Shown: piece after piece, positions 26,966 to 37,473 of the stretch
Layout of the letters: each line of letters begins with the position of its first letter
Numbering within the stretch: position 1 is the stretch's first letter
Source: Gemmatimonadota bacterium
Lineage (GTDB): Bacteria; Gemmatimonadota; Gemmatimonadetes; Gemmatimonadales; GWC2-71-9
Direction of reading: 5' to 3'
DNA: 64,000 nucleotides
NCBI GenBank assembly: GCA_003221005.1
Contig: QHTZ01000067.1
Coordinates: 69,194 to 133,193, forward strand
The notes under the pieces: generated by a model
Told to the model about the DNA's origin: nothing
The model's input: only the letters and a program-made list of their open reading frames with translations
Database searches by the model: none
Position numbers and translations under genes: made by a program

Positions 26966-27358
26966 CTACAGCACGACGAGTTTCCCGCCGCCGGTGAGCA
27001 AGATCACGAGATTCATCACGAGCAGCATCAGGTCGTAATGCCAGCCGTACGCCCTGCCACCCCAGAACCCGGTCCTCCACACGAAGACCTTTTTCTGTAT
27101 CGCCCCGAGCATGATGAGGATCAGCCCGATCGCCGCGAGCTGGGTCAAGATGCCGAGCGCCACACCGATACTTCCGAGCACTTCGGCCGATCCGAGGAAG
27201 ACCGTGAATCCGGTGCTCGCCCCGATGCTGTGTGATCGTGCGGCCGGGTCCCTGAGATGACTCAGCCCGCTCGAGAAGAACACCGTCGCGACCATCAGTC
27301 TCAAGAGGAGCAGCCCGACGTCGCTGAACCGCAGCAGCGCCGGAAACAGGACGTGCAT
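26966..27358 (-). CDS. DoxX-family membrane protein
   Basis: LLLLRL..SG..AE..LGILT; four TM segments. Confidence 0.85.
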   Translation of the reverse strand: MHVLFPALLRFSDVGLLLLRLMVATVFFSSGLSHLRDPAARSHSIGASTGFTVFLGSAEVLGSIGVALGILTQLAAIGLILIMLGAIQKKVFVWRTGFWGGRAYGWHYDLMLLVMNLVILLTGGGKLVVL

Positions 27359-27870
27359 CAGCCCCGCTCGTGCGCCGCCACCGCCCGGTCCGCGTGGGCT
27401 TCCACAAACCACAGCCACTTGTCGACCCCGCGGGAAATCTCGGTGCAGATGTCGGTCGCGTCCGCGTCCCCCAGATCGTCCGTCTCGTCGATGGTCCGGC
27501 GGATGCGCTCGCCGAAGCGGGCCAGGGCGTTGGACAACGCCCACACGTGTTGTTCGCCGCTCGACAGGTTGAGCGGGTACTGAGGGAGCTCGGAGCGCTC
27601 GGCGACGATCGCGCCAGTCCCTTCGGCCACGCCCCCGAGCTGGACGATGCGCTCCGCGAGGAGGTCAACGTAGTCCTCCACGGCTCCGTAGATCTCGTCG
27701 AACAGTTTATGAAGCGCGATGAATTGCGGCCCCTTCACGTTCCAGTGCGCCTGTTTCGCCTGCAACTGGAGGTCGATAGCGTCGGCCAACCGTTGATTCA
27801 ACAGGTCGATCACCTGAGCCCGGGTCGATTCCGGGATGTCGTTCAGTGTCTCGTGCGTAGCGCCAGCCAT
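27358..27870 (-). CDS. dps: DNA starvation/stationary-phase protection protein
   Basis: KQAHWNVKGPQFIALHKLFD, DLLAERI and DKWLWFVEAH. Confidence 0.95.
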   Translation of the reverse strand: MAGATHETLNDIPESTRAQVIDLLNQRLADAIDLQLQAKQAHWNVKGPQFIALHKLFDEIYGAVEDYVDLLAERIVQLGGVAEGTGAIVAERSELPQYPLNLSSGEQHVWALSNALARFGERIRRTIDETDDLGDADATDICTEISRGVDKWLWFVEAHADRAVAAHERG

Positions 27871-28222
27871 GGGCGAGCTCCAGTCTGTCGTGGAGTGAGT
27901 GGTGGAGTGGAATAGTAGCGTCGATTCCAGCGGCCTGGTCCGCCGGTACGACTCAGCAATCATCTGTCTCGAAGGAAAGTTCCCCGCCCAGGGCTCCGGG
28001 GCGGCGCCGCCGCGCGCTCGAGGCACGGCTCCCGCGCGAGCCCTTTCCGGTTTATCTTTGCGGTGGCGCGCGCGGCCTTCACCGCCCACGCCCCCTGTCG
28101 GGAGCGGTCCATCATCTCCGGTGGACCGAGGCGTTGCCCAAACGGCCCCCTGGCAGCGGTACCACACACCAATGGGAGCGTCGCATGTCCTGCCAAGGCA
28201 CCAAGGGCTCCGACACGCCGCT

Positions 28223-29734
28223 GTGAGCGCGGTGCACACCGCGCGCCCCGTCATCATCGGGTCCGGCCTCGCCGGCCTGTGGACCGCGTGGCGGATGGCG
28301 GTAGCGGGTCGCGCCTGTCTCCTCGTGACCAAGCGCAGCCTGGCTGACAGTGCCAGTGCCTGGGCGCAAGGCGGCATCGCGGCGGCTCTCGGCCCCGGAG
28401 ACAGCCCGGCCCTGCACGCCGCCGACACGCTGGCGGCGAGCGACGGGCTCGCGGACCCCGAGGCGGTCCGCATCCTCACGAGCGAAGGGCCCGAGCGCAT
28501 CCGGCAGCTGGTAGCGTTGGGCGCGACGTTCGATCGCGGGCCCGATGGGCGCCTCGCGTTCGGCCTCGAGGCCGCACACAGCCGGCCGCGGATCCTGCAC
28601 GCCGGCGGCGACCGGACGGGGGCGATGCTGGTGCATTGCCTGGCTCGGATCGTGGCCGATCACCCCCAAATCGAGATTCGGGAGCACACGGAAGTCGCCC
28701 GCTTGTTGCTCGCCGATGGCCGCGTGGTGGGGGTGGTAGCGGTCGTGGCGGGCGGCGGCGTGCTGACGCTACCGGCTCCGGCGGTCGTTCTGGCGACGGG
28801 CGGCGTGGGACAGCTCTACGCCCTCACGACCAATCCTCTCGTGGCGACGGGCGATGGCTGGGCGCTGGCGCACCACGTGGGCGCCGAGCTGCGCGACATC
28901 GAGTTCCTGCAGTTCCATCCCACCGCGCTCAAGCTCGCGGGCGTGAACCCCGCGCCCCTCATCTCGGAAGCGGTCCGGGGTGCGGGCGCGACCCTGGTGG
29001 ACCAGCACGGTCGCCGGTTCTTGGTCGAGGTGGATCCCCGCGCGGAGCTGGCACCACGGCATGTCGTGGCGCGCGCCGTCGCCGCCGCCGACCGCGCGGG
29101 CGGAGCGTGGCTGGACGCGCGCCGCGTGAAGGGCTTCGCTGCGCACTTCCCCTCCATCAGGGCGATGCTCGCGGGCCACGGCCTCGATCCCGCGCGCGAT
29201 CTCATCCCCGTGGCGCCAGCGATGCACTACGCCATGGGCGGGATCGCGACCGATCTGGCCGGGCGCTCGAGCGTCCCCGGGCTCTGGGCCGTGGGCGAGG
29301 TGGCCTGCACCGGCGTCCACGGCGCGAACCGCCTGGCATCGAACTCGCTGCTCGAGGGGCTGGTGTTCGCCGATCGCGCGGGGCGCGCACTCGCCGCGCT
29401 GCCCGCACGGCGGCCGCCCGCGGCGTCGCCGGAAGCGTCCGGGTGGCCACCCGATCGCGACGCCGACGCGGAATGCGAGGCGCTGCGCCGCCAGCTGCGG
29501 CTGGTGATGACGGCCGACGTGGGAATCGAGCGCAGCGAGTCGTCGCTGCTGCGTGCTGCGCGCGCCTTGGCCGAGCTCCTCGCGGCGGCCCCGCCGTCGG
29601 CATGGCGTACGCGTAACCAGATCACCGTAGCGCTGCTCATCACGGAGGCCGCGCGGCGACGGCGCGAGACGCGGGGCGGCCACGCCCGGCTCGACTACCC
29701 GCGGCGGGCCGGCGTGCCGGCGGTCGCATCATGA
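28223..29734 (+). CDS. nadB: L-aspartate oxidase
   Basis: IGSGLAG, SAWAQGGIAA, EAAHSRPRILH, QFHPT and GVHGANRLASNSLLE. Start uncertain (28172 or 28223). Confidence 0.92.
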   Translation: MSAVHTARPVIIGSGLAGLWTAWRMAVAGRACLLVTKRSLADSASAWAQGGIAAALGPGDSPALHAADTLAASDGLADPEAVRILTSEGPERIRQLVALGATFDRGPDGRLAFGLEAAHSRPRILHAGGDRTGAMLVHCLARIVADHPQIEIREHTEVARLLLADGRVVGVVAVVAGGGVLTLPAPAVVLATGGVGQLYALTTNPLVATGDGWALAHHVGAELRDIEFLQFHPTALKLAGVNPAPLISEAVRGAGATLVDQHGRRFLVEVDPRAELAPRHVVARAVAAADRAGGAWLDARRVKGFAAHFPSIRAMLAGHGLDPARDLIPVAPAMHYAMGGIATDLAGRSSVPGLWAVGEVACTGVHGANRLASNSLLEGLVFADRAGRALAALPARRPPAASPEASGWPPDRDADAECEALRRQLRLVMTADVGIERSESSLLRAARALAELLAAAPPSAWRTRNQITVALLITEAARRRRETRGGHARLDYPRRAGVPAVAS

Positions 29735-30672
29735 CCGACTTAGTCACCGAGATCCGGGCGCTCAAGGTCGCGCGGCGCGCGGCGATCATCGCGCACAACT
29801 ACCAGCGCCCCGAGATCCAGGACCTGGCCGACGTAGTGGCCGACTCGCTCACCATGGCACGGCGCGCGATCGCCATCGACGCGTCCGTGATCGTCATTTG
29901 CGGGGTGCACTTCATGGCCGAGACCGCCGCGATTGCAAACCCCGACAAGCGGGTGCTCATCCCGGACCCCGGTGCCGGGTGCTCCCTCGCGGCGACCATC
30001 CAGGCCGCAGACGTGCGCGCCTGGCGGGCCGCCCACCCCGATGGCGTCGTGGTCGCCTACGTGAACACGAGCGCGGCGGTGAAGGCGGAGGTCGACTACT
30101 GTTGCACTTCGGGGAACGCAGTCGCCGTGATTAACGCGCTCCCGCCCGACGTGCCGGTCCTGTTTCTTCCGGATTTCTTCCTCGGGAGCTACCTGCGGCG
30201 CGTGACCGGCCGGCCGCTCGACGTCTGGATGGGGGAATGCCACGTACACGCGGCCTTGACGCCAGACGTACTCGAAGCAAAGCGCCGCGAGCATCCGGAC
30301 GCGGAATTCCTGGTCCATCCCGAGTGCGGCTGCGTCACGAGCGCGATGTACTACGCCGAGGTGGATGGCGACGTCGCCGCCGGCCGGACGCGCATCGTTT
30401 CGACCGAGCAGATGATGCGGCGCGCGCGCGCCTCGAGCGCCAGGGAGTTCGTGGTGGCGACGGAAACGGGCGTGCTGCACCGCCTGCGGCGTGAGAACCC
30501 CGAGAAGCAGTTCTCCGCGCTCGCCGAGTCAGCGGAGTGCCGCTACATGAAGATGATCACGCTGGAGAACCTCCGGGACGCGCTCCGCGACCTGAAATAC
30601 GAGGTGACGGTGCCGCCCGAGACGGCGGCGCGGGCGCGGCGCGCCATCGAGCGGATGCTCGCGATTGGCTGA
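29731..30672 (+). CDS. nadA: Quinolinate synthase
   Basis: AHNYQ, CGVHFMAE, AGCSLA, ECHVH, HPEC and CRYMK. Confidence 0.95.
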   Translation: MTDLVTEIRALKVARRAAIIAHNYQRPEIQDLADVVADSLTMARRAIAIDASVIVICGVHFMAETAAIANPDKRVLIPDPGAGCSLAATIQAADVRAWRAAHPDGVVVAYVNTSAAVKAEVDYCCTSGNAVAVINALPPDVPVLFLPDFFLGSYLRRVTGRPLDVWMGECHVHAALTPDVLEAKRREHPDAEFLVHPECGCVTSAMYYAEVDGDVAAGRTRIVSTEQMMRRARASSAREFVVATETGVLHRLRRENPEKQFSALAESAECRYMKMITLENLRDALRDLKYEVTVPPETAARARRAIERMLAIG

Positions 30673-31513
30673 CGCGCGCGGCCGGAACGAGGTGGGCCGG
30701 GCGCTGGCGGAGGACCGGGCGACGCACGACGTGACCACCCAGCTCCTCGGACCCGCCGCGGAGCGCCCCGCCTACGCCGACTTCGTCGCCGAAGCGCGGT
30801 TCGTGCTCGCCGGGATCCCGGTCGTCGCTAGCGTCTTTGCGGAGCTCGAGCCGACGGCGCGGGTCGATGCGCGGTGCAAGGAGGGAGACTGGGTCGCGGC
30901 CGGCACAGTGCTCGCCCGCGTGCGAGCCCGCGCCGGCACGCTCCTCGCCGGCGAGCGCGTCGCACTGAATTTCCTGCAGCGGTTGTCGGGGGTCGCCACC
31001 CTGACGCGCCGGGCGGTGGACGCGGTGGCCGGGACCGGCGCACGGATCACACACACGCGCAAGACGACGCCCGGCCTCCGGGCGCTCGAGCGTTACGCCG
31101 TCACCGTGGGGGGTGGGGTTGCGAACCGGGGATCACTCGCCGAGGCGGTCTTCTGGAAGGACAACCACTGGGCGCTCCTCGGCGACCGCGACCTGGCCGC
31201 GACGCTGGCTGCCGCGCCCGCGGGGGCGCCCGTGGTCGTCGAGGTGGAGAACGACGCCCAGCTCGAGCAGGCGCTCGGCGCCGGCGTGAGGTACATCCTG
31301 GCCGATAACCAGTCGCCCGAGCGCGTGGCAGCGTGGGTGCGGCGCGTGGGTCCGGGCGTCGCCGTCCAGGCCTCGGGCGGCATCACGCCGGAGACGGCTC
31401 GGGCTTACGCGGAGGCGGGAGCGACGCTGATCTCGATCGGCGCGCTCACCCACTCGGCGCCCGCCGCGCCGATCCGGTGCGACATTGGAACGGTACCACC
31501 CTCTCCCAGTTGA
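30665..31513 (+). CDS. nadC: Quinolinate phosphoribosyltransferase
   Basis: ERVALNFL..SGVAT, TRKTTPG, KDNH, EVE, ASGG and GALTHSA. Confidence 0.92.
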   Translation: MADARGRNEVGRALAEDRATHDVTTQLLGPAAERPAYADFVAEARFVLAGIPVVASVFAELEPTARVDARCKEGDWVAAGTVLARVRARAGTLLAGERVALNFLQRLSGVATLTRRAVDAVAGTGARITHTRKTTPGLRALERYAVTVGGGVANRGSLAEAVFWKDNHWALLGDRDLAATLAAAPAGAPVVVEVENDAQLEQALGAGVRYILADNQSPERVAAWVRRVGPGVAVQASGGITPETARAYAEAGATLISIGALTHSAPAAPIRCDIGTVPPSPS

Positions 31514-31582
31514 CTTCCAACGCATCCGGAACCCTGCGAGATTGTTTCGGGGTTCATGAGCAAGTTCTCCTCGGGAGGGGCC

Positions 31583-32725
31583 GTGAAAATCCTTGACAGT
31601 CAGTGGCGAAGGAGGGTGCGCGTCGGCGCCACGGCGGCGCTCGCCCTGTTCTTGGGCGCGTGCGGCCGCAGGGGGCAAGCGCCGGCGTTCCCGCCTCCAG
31701 AAGTGGCGGTGGTGGTCGTACAGCCGAGCACGGTCCCCGAGTCCTACGAGTTCAGCGCCGAGGTGGCGCCGTACCGTCGTGTCGAGGTTCGCGCCCGGGT
31801 GGATGGCATCATCCAGGAGCGGGCCTTCACCGAGGGAGCCGTTGTCGAGCCGGGACAGGTGCTCTACCGCCTGGATCGCGTTCGCTACGACGCGTCATAC
31901 CGAGCCGCGCTGGCACGGTTCGCGAACGCCAAGCGGACGCTCGAGCGGCTCGAGCCGCTGCTGGGGCAGCACGCGGTCGCGCAGCAGGACGTGGACAATG
32001 CACGGTCCGAGTACGAAGCGTCCCAGGCCGCCCTGGAGCAGGTGAAGAAGGACCTCGACGACACCGACGTGCGCGCCGAGATCCCGGGGCGTGTGGGGCG
32101 GACCGAGCTCGACGTCGGCGCCCGGGTGACCGGACCGGCCGACCTGCTGACGACGATCGACCGGCTGGATCCCGTCTACGTGTCCTTCCGGCCGTCTTCC
32201 GCGCAGCTCCTCGCCTGGCATCAGAACGTCCGAGCACGCGCCCTGATCCACCCGGGGAGTGCGCTCGCGGTGCAGGTCGAGTTACCCGACGGCTCGGTGC
32301 TGCCGCGGACCGGCCGGCTCGACTTCGTCGCGCCGGCGCTCGACCCCGCCACGGGGACGCAGGAATTCCGGGCCCTCTTCTCGAACCCCGATCGGCTCCT
32401 CATGCCGGGGCAGTTCGTGCGGGCCGTGCTGGTGGGCTTCGCGCGGGAGAGCGCGCTCGCCGTGCCGCTGCGCGCGGTGCAATCGGGCCTCGGCCGGCAA
32501 TTCGTGTACGTGGTGGGTGTGGGGGACACGGCCAAGATGCGAGACGTCCAGCCGGGGCCCTGGAGCGGGCGCCTCTGGATCATCGATCGGGGGTTGAACG
32601 CGGGCGATCGCGTGGTGGTCGATGGCGTCCAGAAGGTGATCCCCGGGCGCCCGGTGCGGCCCGTGCCGCTCGCGGACTCGGCGTCAGCCGCATCGCGGGC
32701 GCAGCCCCCGGGGCCCGGGCGATGA
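31583..32725 (+). CDS. RND efflux periplasmic adaptor (MFP)
   Basis: Lipobox LGAC, EVRARVDG and LMPGQFVR. Confidence 0.9.
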   Translation: MKILDSQWRRRVRVGATAALALFLGACGRRGQAPAFPPPEVAVVVVQPSTVPESYEFSAEVAPYRRVEVRARVDGIIQERAFTEGAVVEPGQVLYRLDRVRYDASYRAALARFANAKRTLERLEPLLGQHAVAQQDVDNARSEYEASQAALEQVKKDLDDTDVRAEIPGRVGRTELDVGARVTGPADLLTTIDRLDPVYVSFRPSSAQLLAWHQNVRARALIHPGSALAVQVELPDGSVLPRTGRLDFVAPALDPATGTQEFRALFSNPDRLLMPGQFVRAVLVGFARESALAVPLRAVQSGLGRQFVYVVGVGDTAKMRDVQPGPWSGRLWIIDRGLNAGDRVVVDGVQKVIPGRPVRPVPLADSASAASRAQPPGPGR

Positions 32726-35700
32726 GCGCCGCGCCGCCGCCCGCCGGGCCGCCGCCCGAGATCCGGTACCTCTTCATCCGCCGGCCCGTGCTTGCCGGCG
32801 TGATCTCCATCGTCATCACGCTGCTCGGGGGCTTCGCGATCCGGCTCCTGCCCCTGTCGCGGTATCCGCAAATCGCGCCTCCCGCGGTCCAGGTCGCGGC
32901 GGCGTATCCGGGCGCGACGGCCCAGGACGTCGCCGACGCCGTCGCGGCACCAATCGAAGAGCAGCTCTCCGGGTTACAGGGACTGCTGTACTACTCGTCG
33001 GCCAACGCGAGCGACGGCACCATGGGTCTCGCGATCTCCTTCGACGTGACCCGCAGCCAGGACCTGGCGGCGGTGGACGTGCAAAACGCCGTCCAGGTCG
33101 CCGTCCCCCAGCTGCCCGACGCGGTGCGGCAGAACGGCGTCGTGATCCTCAAGGCCAACACGGACATCCTGGCGGTCGTGGCGCTCTCGTCCAGCGATCC
33201 CCGGTACGATGCGTCGTACCTCACGAACTACCTGAAGCTCTTCGTCGAGGACGAGCTCAAGCGCGTCCCGGGAATCGGGAACGCGCTGACGTTCGGCGGG
33301 CTCCAGTTCTCGATGCTGCTGCAGCTCGATCCGGCGCGCATGGCGAAGCTGGGCGTCACGGTCGGCGACGTGGCGACCGCCGTGCGGGAGCAGAACGCGA
33401 CGAACCCCGCCGGGCGCATCGGGCGCGAGCCCGCGCCCCCCGGTACCGAGTTGACGATCCCGGTGACGACGCTGGGCCGGCTCCAGACGCCCGACCAGTT
33501 CAACGACATCGTGGTGCGCGCCAAGGCGGACGGCTCGCTCCTGCGCGTGCGGGACATCGGGCGAGCGGTGCTCGGCGCGCAGAGCTATGACTTCGCCGGC
33601 CGGCTCAATGGCAAGCCGACCGCCTTCATGCTGCTGTACCTGCGGCCGGGGGCGAACGCGATCGCCGTGCGGAACGCCGTGCAACGGCGCCTGGACGAGC
33701 TGTCACGCGGTTTCCCGCCCGGGATCAGCGCGGTCATTCCGTTCGACACCACACCGTTCGTGACGGCGTCGATCAAGGAGGTCGTCTTCACGCTGCTCGA
33801 GGCGATGGCGCTCGTGTCCCTCGTCGTCTTCGTCTTCCTCCAGAGCTGGCGCGCCACGCTCATCCCGATGCTCGCGGTGCCGGTGAGCGTGATCGGCACC
33901 TTCCTCGGATTGCTCGTGATCGGCTTCTCAATCAACGTGCTCACCCTCTTCGCGCTCGTGCTGGCGATCGGAATCGTGGTGGACGACGCGATCGTGGTGA
34001 TCGAGAACGTCGAGCGCATCATGGCGACCGAGGACGTACCTGCGCGGATCGCGGCGGATCGCGCGATTCGACAGGTCGCCGGGGCGCTGATCGCCATCGT
34101 GCTCTCCCTCGTCGCCGTGTTCGTACCGGTGGCGTTCACCGGCGGCGTCACCGGGGAGATGTTCAAGCAGTTCGCGATCACGATCGTCATCGCCGTGGTG
34201 TTGTCGGGCCTCGTGGCCCTGACGCTGACGCCCGCGCTGTGCGCCCTGCTCCTCAAGGAGGCGGTGGAGGCCCACACGGGCGGCTTCTTCGGCGCATTCA
34301 ACCGCTGGTTCGCGCGGGTGACCGGAGGCTATGTCGGCGCCGTGGATCGCGTGCTCGGCCGCCCCCGCGCCTGGCTCGGCGCCGTGGCCGTCCTCGTGAT
34401 CCTCGCGGGAGTGTTGTGGCGCCGGGTCCCGACCGCGTTCATTCCCAGCGAGGACAAGGGCTACTTCGCCATGGCGCTGCAGCTCCCCGACGCGGCCTCG
34501 TTACAGCGGACCCAGGCGGTGATCGAGCGCGTGGAGGGGTTCCTGCGACAGGAGCCCGCGATTCGAAACATCGTCGCGCTCGCCGGCTTCGACCTCTTGA
34601 GCCGGGCGAGCCAGCCCAACAGCGCCACCATCTTCGTCAACGTAAGGCCGTGGGAGGAGCGCGGCCCCGGCCAGTCGATCGACGCCATCACCGGCCGCAT
34701 CAACGGCCGCCTCTTCGGCATGCGGGACGCGATGGGCTTCGCCTTCAACCTCCCCGAGATCCCCGGCCTCGGCGCCACCTCCGGGGTCGAGGCGCAGCTC
34801 CAGAATCGTGGCGGCCTCCCGGTGCAGGACTTCGCGCGCGAGGTGCAGGCGTTCGTCCAGGCGGCGAACCAGCTTCCCGCGGTGCTGGGCGTGAACGCCA
34901 ATTTCCGGGCTAACGTGCCGCAGCTGTACGTGGACGTGGACCGCGCCGCCGCCAAAGCACGCGGCGTGAAGCTGGGCGACGTCTTCGGAACGCTCCAGGC
35001 GCTCATGTCCACCCTCTATGTCAACGACTTCAACCTCTACGGCCGGACGTATCGCGTGCAGATCGAGGCGCAGGCACCCTACCGCCAGACCCCGGAGGAC
35101 CTGGGGCAGCTGTACGTGCGTGGCAGCAACGACGCCATGATGCCGATCTCGGCGCTCACGCGCACGCAGTTCAAGAGCGGCCCCACCGTGCTCACCCGGT
35201 TCAACGGCTTCACGTCCGCCCTGATCACCGGCGTGCCGCGGCCGGGCCACAGCTCGGGTGAGATGATGAACCAGCTCGACGGCCTGATCCGCAGCCGCTT
35301 TGCGGCGGAGGGGCTCGGCATTTCCTACTCCGGGCAGTCGTACCAGGAGCGGGCTTCGAGCGGCGCGGCGGGGCTCGTGTTTGCGCTCGGGCTCGTCATC
35401 GTGTTCCTGGTGCTCGCGGCGCAGTACGAGAGCTGGTCGCTCCCGTTCGCCGTGCTGTTCGGCGTTCCCTTCGGCGTGCTGGGCGCGTTCCTCGGGATCT
35501 GGCTGCGGGGCCAGCCGAGCGACATCTACTTCCAGGTCGGCCTCATCACGGTGGTGGGGCTGGCTGCGAAAAACGCGATCTTGATCGTGGAATTCGCGAC
35601 CGAGCTCCGCAGTCAGGGGGTCCCCATCCGCCAGGCGGCCGTCCAGGCGGCGCGACAGCGGCTGCGCCCGATTCTGATGACCTCCTTCGCCTTCATCCTC

Positions 35701-35895
35701 GGCGTGTCGCCGCTGGTGGTGGCGGGGGGCGCCGGCGCCGCCAGCCGCCACTCGATCGGCACCACGGTGTTCTCAGGGATGCTCATCGCCACGACGGTCG
35801 GGATCTTCTTCATCCCGCTGTTCTTCACGCTGATCCGCCGCCTCGCCGAGCGCGGCCGCGCGGAGACGCCGAGCGCCGTGGAGGGGAGACCATGA
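32722..35895 (+). CDS. RND (HAE1/AcrB-type) efflux permease
   Basis: FIRRPV, YPQIAPP, AIGIVVDDAIVVIEN, KNAILIVEF and RLRPILMTS. Confidence 0.95.
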   Translation: MSAAPPPAGPPPEIRYLFIRRPVLAGVISIVITLLGGFAIRLLPLSRYPQIAPPAVQVAAAYPGATAQDVADAVAAPIEEQLSGLQGLLYYSSANASDGTMGLAISFDVTRSQDLAAVDVQNAVQVAVPQLPDAVRQNGVVILKANTDILAVVALSSSDPRYDASYLTNYLKLFVEDELKRVPGIGNALTFGGLQFSMLLQLDPARMAKLGVTVGDVATAVREQNATNPAGRIGREPAPPGTELTIPVTTLGRLQTPDQFNDIVVRAKADGSLLRVRDIGRAVLGAQSYDFAGRLNGKPTAFMLLYLRPGANAIAVRNAVQRRLDELSRGFPPGISAVIPFDTTPFVTASIKEVVFTLLEAMALVSLVVFVFLQSWRATLIPMLAVPVSVIGTFLGLLVIGFSINVLTLFALVLAIGIVVDDAIVVIENVERIMATEDVPARIAADRAIRQVAGALIAIVLSLVAVFVPVAFTGGVTGEMFKQFAITIVIAVVLSGLVALTLTPALCALLLKEAVEAHTGGFFGAFNRWFARVTGGYVGAVDRVLGRPRAWLGAVAVLVILAGVLWRRVPTAFIPSEDKGYFAMALQLPDAASLQRTQAVIERVEGFLRQEPAIRNIVALAGFDLLSRASQPNSATIFVNVRPWEERGPGQSIDAITGRINGRLFGMRDAMGFAFNLPEIPGLGATSGVEAQLQNRGGLPVQDFAREVQAFVQAANQLPAVLGVNANFRANVPQLYVDVDRAAAKARGVKLGDVFGTLQALMSTLYVNDFNLYGRTYRVQIEAQAPYRQTPEDLGQLYVRGSNDAMMPISALTRTQFKSGPTVLTRFNGFTSALITGVPRPGHSSGEMMNQLDGLIRSRFAAEGLGISYSGQSYQERASSGAAGLVFALGLVIVFLVLAAQYESWSLPFAVLFGVPFGVLGAFLGIWLRGQPSDIYFQVGLITVVGLAAKNAILIVEFATELRSQGVPIRQAAVQAARQRLRPILMTSFAFILGVSPLVVAGGAGAASRHSIGTTVFSGMLIATTVGIFFIPLFFTLIRRLAERGRAETPSAVEGRP

Positions 35896-37388
35896 AGCCG
35901 CGCATCGCCGCCGTGGCGTTTACCCTGGGACTCGCCGGCTGCGCGGTGGGGCCCGGCTATCACCCGGCGCAGGTCGTGCCCGCGACGACCCGGGTGGGTG
36001 CCGGGAGTCGCTCGGACTCGGCGCGCGCGTTCTTCGACTCGCTCGCAGCCGCCCGCGCGGCGGACAGCGCGCGGCCCGTGCCCCCCGCCCTCCCACCGCG
36101 AGCCCTGGCGACGGATTCGATCGCGGACCTCGCCTGGCTCGACATCCTGCGCGACTCGGCCCTCACCCGCCTCGTGGCAACCGCGCTCCGGCAGAACCGC
36201 GACCTGGCGCTCGCCCGCGCGCGCATCCGCGAGTACCGCGCCGCAGCGGGCGTGGCGCGCAGCCCCCTGTTCCCGAGCCTCGCGCTCAACGGGAGCACCA
36301 GCACGAACAAGATCGCGCTCGGCTCGTTCGCACCGGTCTCGTATCACGCGTGGCGCGTCACGGCCGATGTCGCGTGGGAGCTCGACTTCTGGGGCGGAAC
36401 GCGGCGCGGCCTGCAGGCGGCGCAGGCGGACCTGAGCGCGCAGGAGGCGGCGGCGCGGGCGGTCGTCCTGTCCCTCGTGAGCGACGTGGCGAGCGGATAC
36501 CTCCAGCTGCTGGAGCTGGACCAAGAGCGGGCGGTGGCGGAGCGCACACTCGCGACTCGCGGGGTGACCCTGGACCTCGCGCGGCAGCGATACGCGCGTG
36601 GCGTGATTTCCGAGCTCGACGTGCGGCAGTTCGAGGCGCAGGTCGCCGTCCCGGCGGCGCGGCTCGCCCAGGTCGAGCAGCAGCGCGCCCAGGAGGAGCA
36701 CGCGCTCAATGTGCTGCTCGGCGCCGCGCCGGCGACGATCGTGCGGGGCACGTCGCTCGCCCAGGCGGTGCGCGCGGTGATCGTGCCTGACTCGCTTCCG
36801 GGGACGCTGCTCGAGCGGCGGCCGGACGTGCGGGAAGCGGAGCGGGCATATGCGGCGGCGACCGCCCGCGTCGGCGTCGCGGACGCGGCACGGCTCCCGA
36901 AGATCACGATCATCGGCTCCTCGGGCTCGCAGGCTGCCACCAGCGGCGGCCTGTTCACCTCGCAGACCGACGTTTATCAGCTTCAGGCAGGGGTCTCGAT
37001 CCCGCTGTTCACCGGGGGCAAGCTGATCAACGTGGCGCGGGCGGCGCGTGCGCGGGCGGAGGAGGCTCGGGCGGCGTACGAGCAGACGGCCCTCACGGCC
37101 CTGCGTGAGGCGGGTGACGCGCTCGCCGGCGTGCGCGCGGCGCGGGATCAGGTGGCGGCGCAGGACACCCAGGCCAAGGCGCTGCGACGCGCGTTGCAGC
37201 TCGCCGAGGCGCGCTATCGGGCCGGCGTCGCCAACTATCTCGAAGTCCTCGACTCGCAGCGCAGCCTGTTCGAGGCCGAGCTGGCGCTGAGCCAGGCGCA
37301 GCTGCTGCAACTCACCGCCGCCGTGCAGCTGTACAAGGCCCTGGGCGGCAGCTGGTCCGGCGACGGGGAGGGGGCGGAAACCCGCTGA
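35892..37388 (+). CDS. NodT/OprM-family outer-membrane efflux lipoprotein
   Basis: LAGC lipobox, WELDFWG, LLERRPDVREAE and LYKALGG. Confidence 0.93.
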   Translation: MKPRIAAVAFTLGLAGCAVGPGYHPAQVVPATTRVGAGSRSDSARAFFDSLAAARAADSARPVPPALPPRALATDSIADLAWLDILRDSALTRLVATALRQNRDLALARARIREYRAAAGVARSPLFPSLALNGSTSTNKIALGSFAPVSYHAWRVTADVAWELDFWGGTRRGLQAAQADLSAQEAAARAVVLSLVSDVASGYLQLLELDQERAVAERTLATRGVTLDLARQRYARGVISELDVRQFEAQVAVPAARLAQVEQQRAQEEHALNVLLGAAPATIVRGTSLAQAVRAVIVPDSLPGTLLERRPDVREAERAYAAATARVGVADAARLPKITIIGSSGSQAATSGGLFTSQTDVYQLQAGVSIPLFTGGKLINVARAARARAEEARAAYEQTALTALREAGDALAGVRAARDQVAAQDTQAKALRRALQLAEARYRAGVANYLEVLDSQRSLFEAELALSQAQLLQLTAAVQLYKALGGSWSGDGEGAETR

Positions 37389-37473
37389 CCGTGCGGTCGC
37401 GCGCTCTATTGGGTGCGACCTGTTAGATTGGCTCATCAGCCGGTCGCAGCCAACCTCCGTGGAAGGATCCCGA

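Noticed and set aside
28170-28225. Loose resemblance of GAGCGTCGC..GACACG to the NAD+-II riboswitch
   Set aside because: No A-rich 3' segment; not callable without a covariance model.
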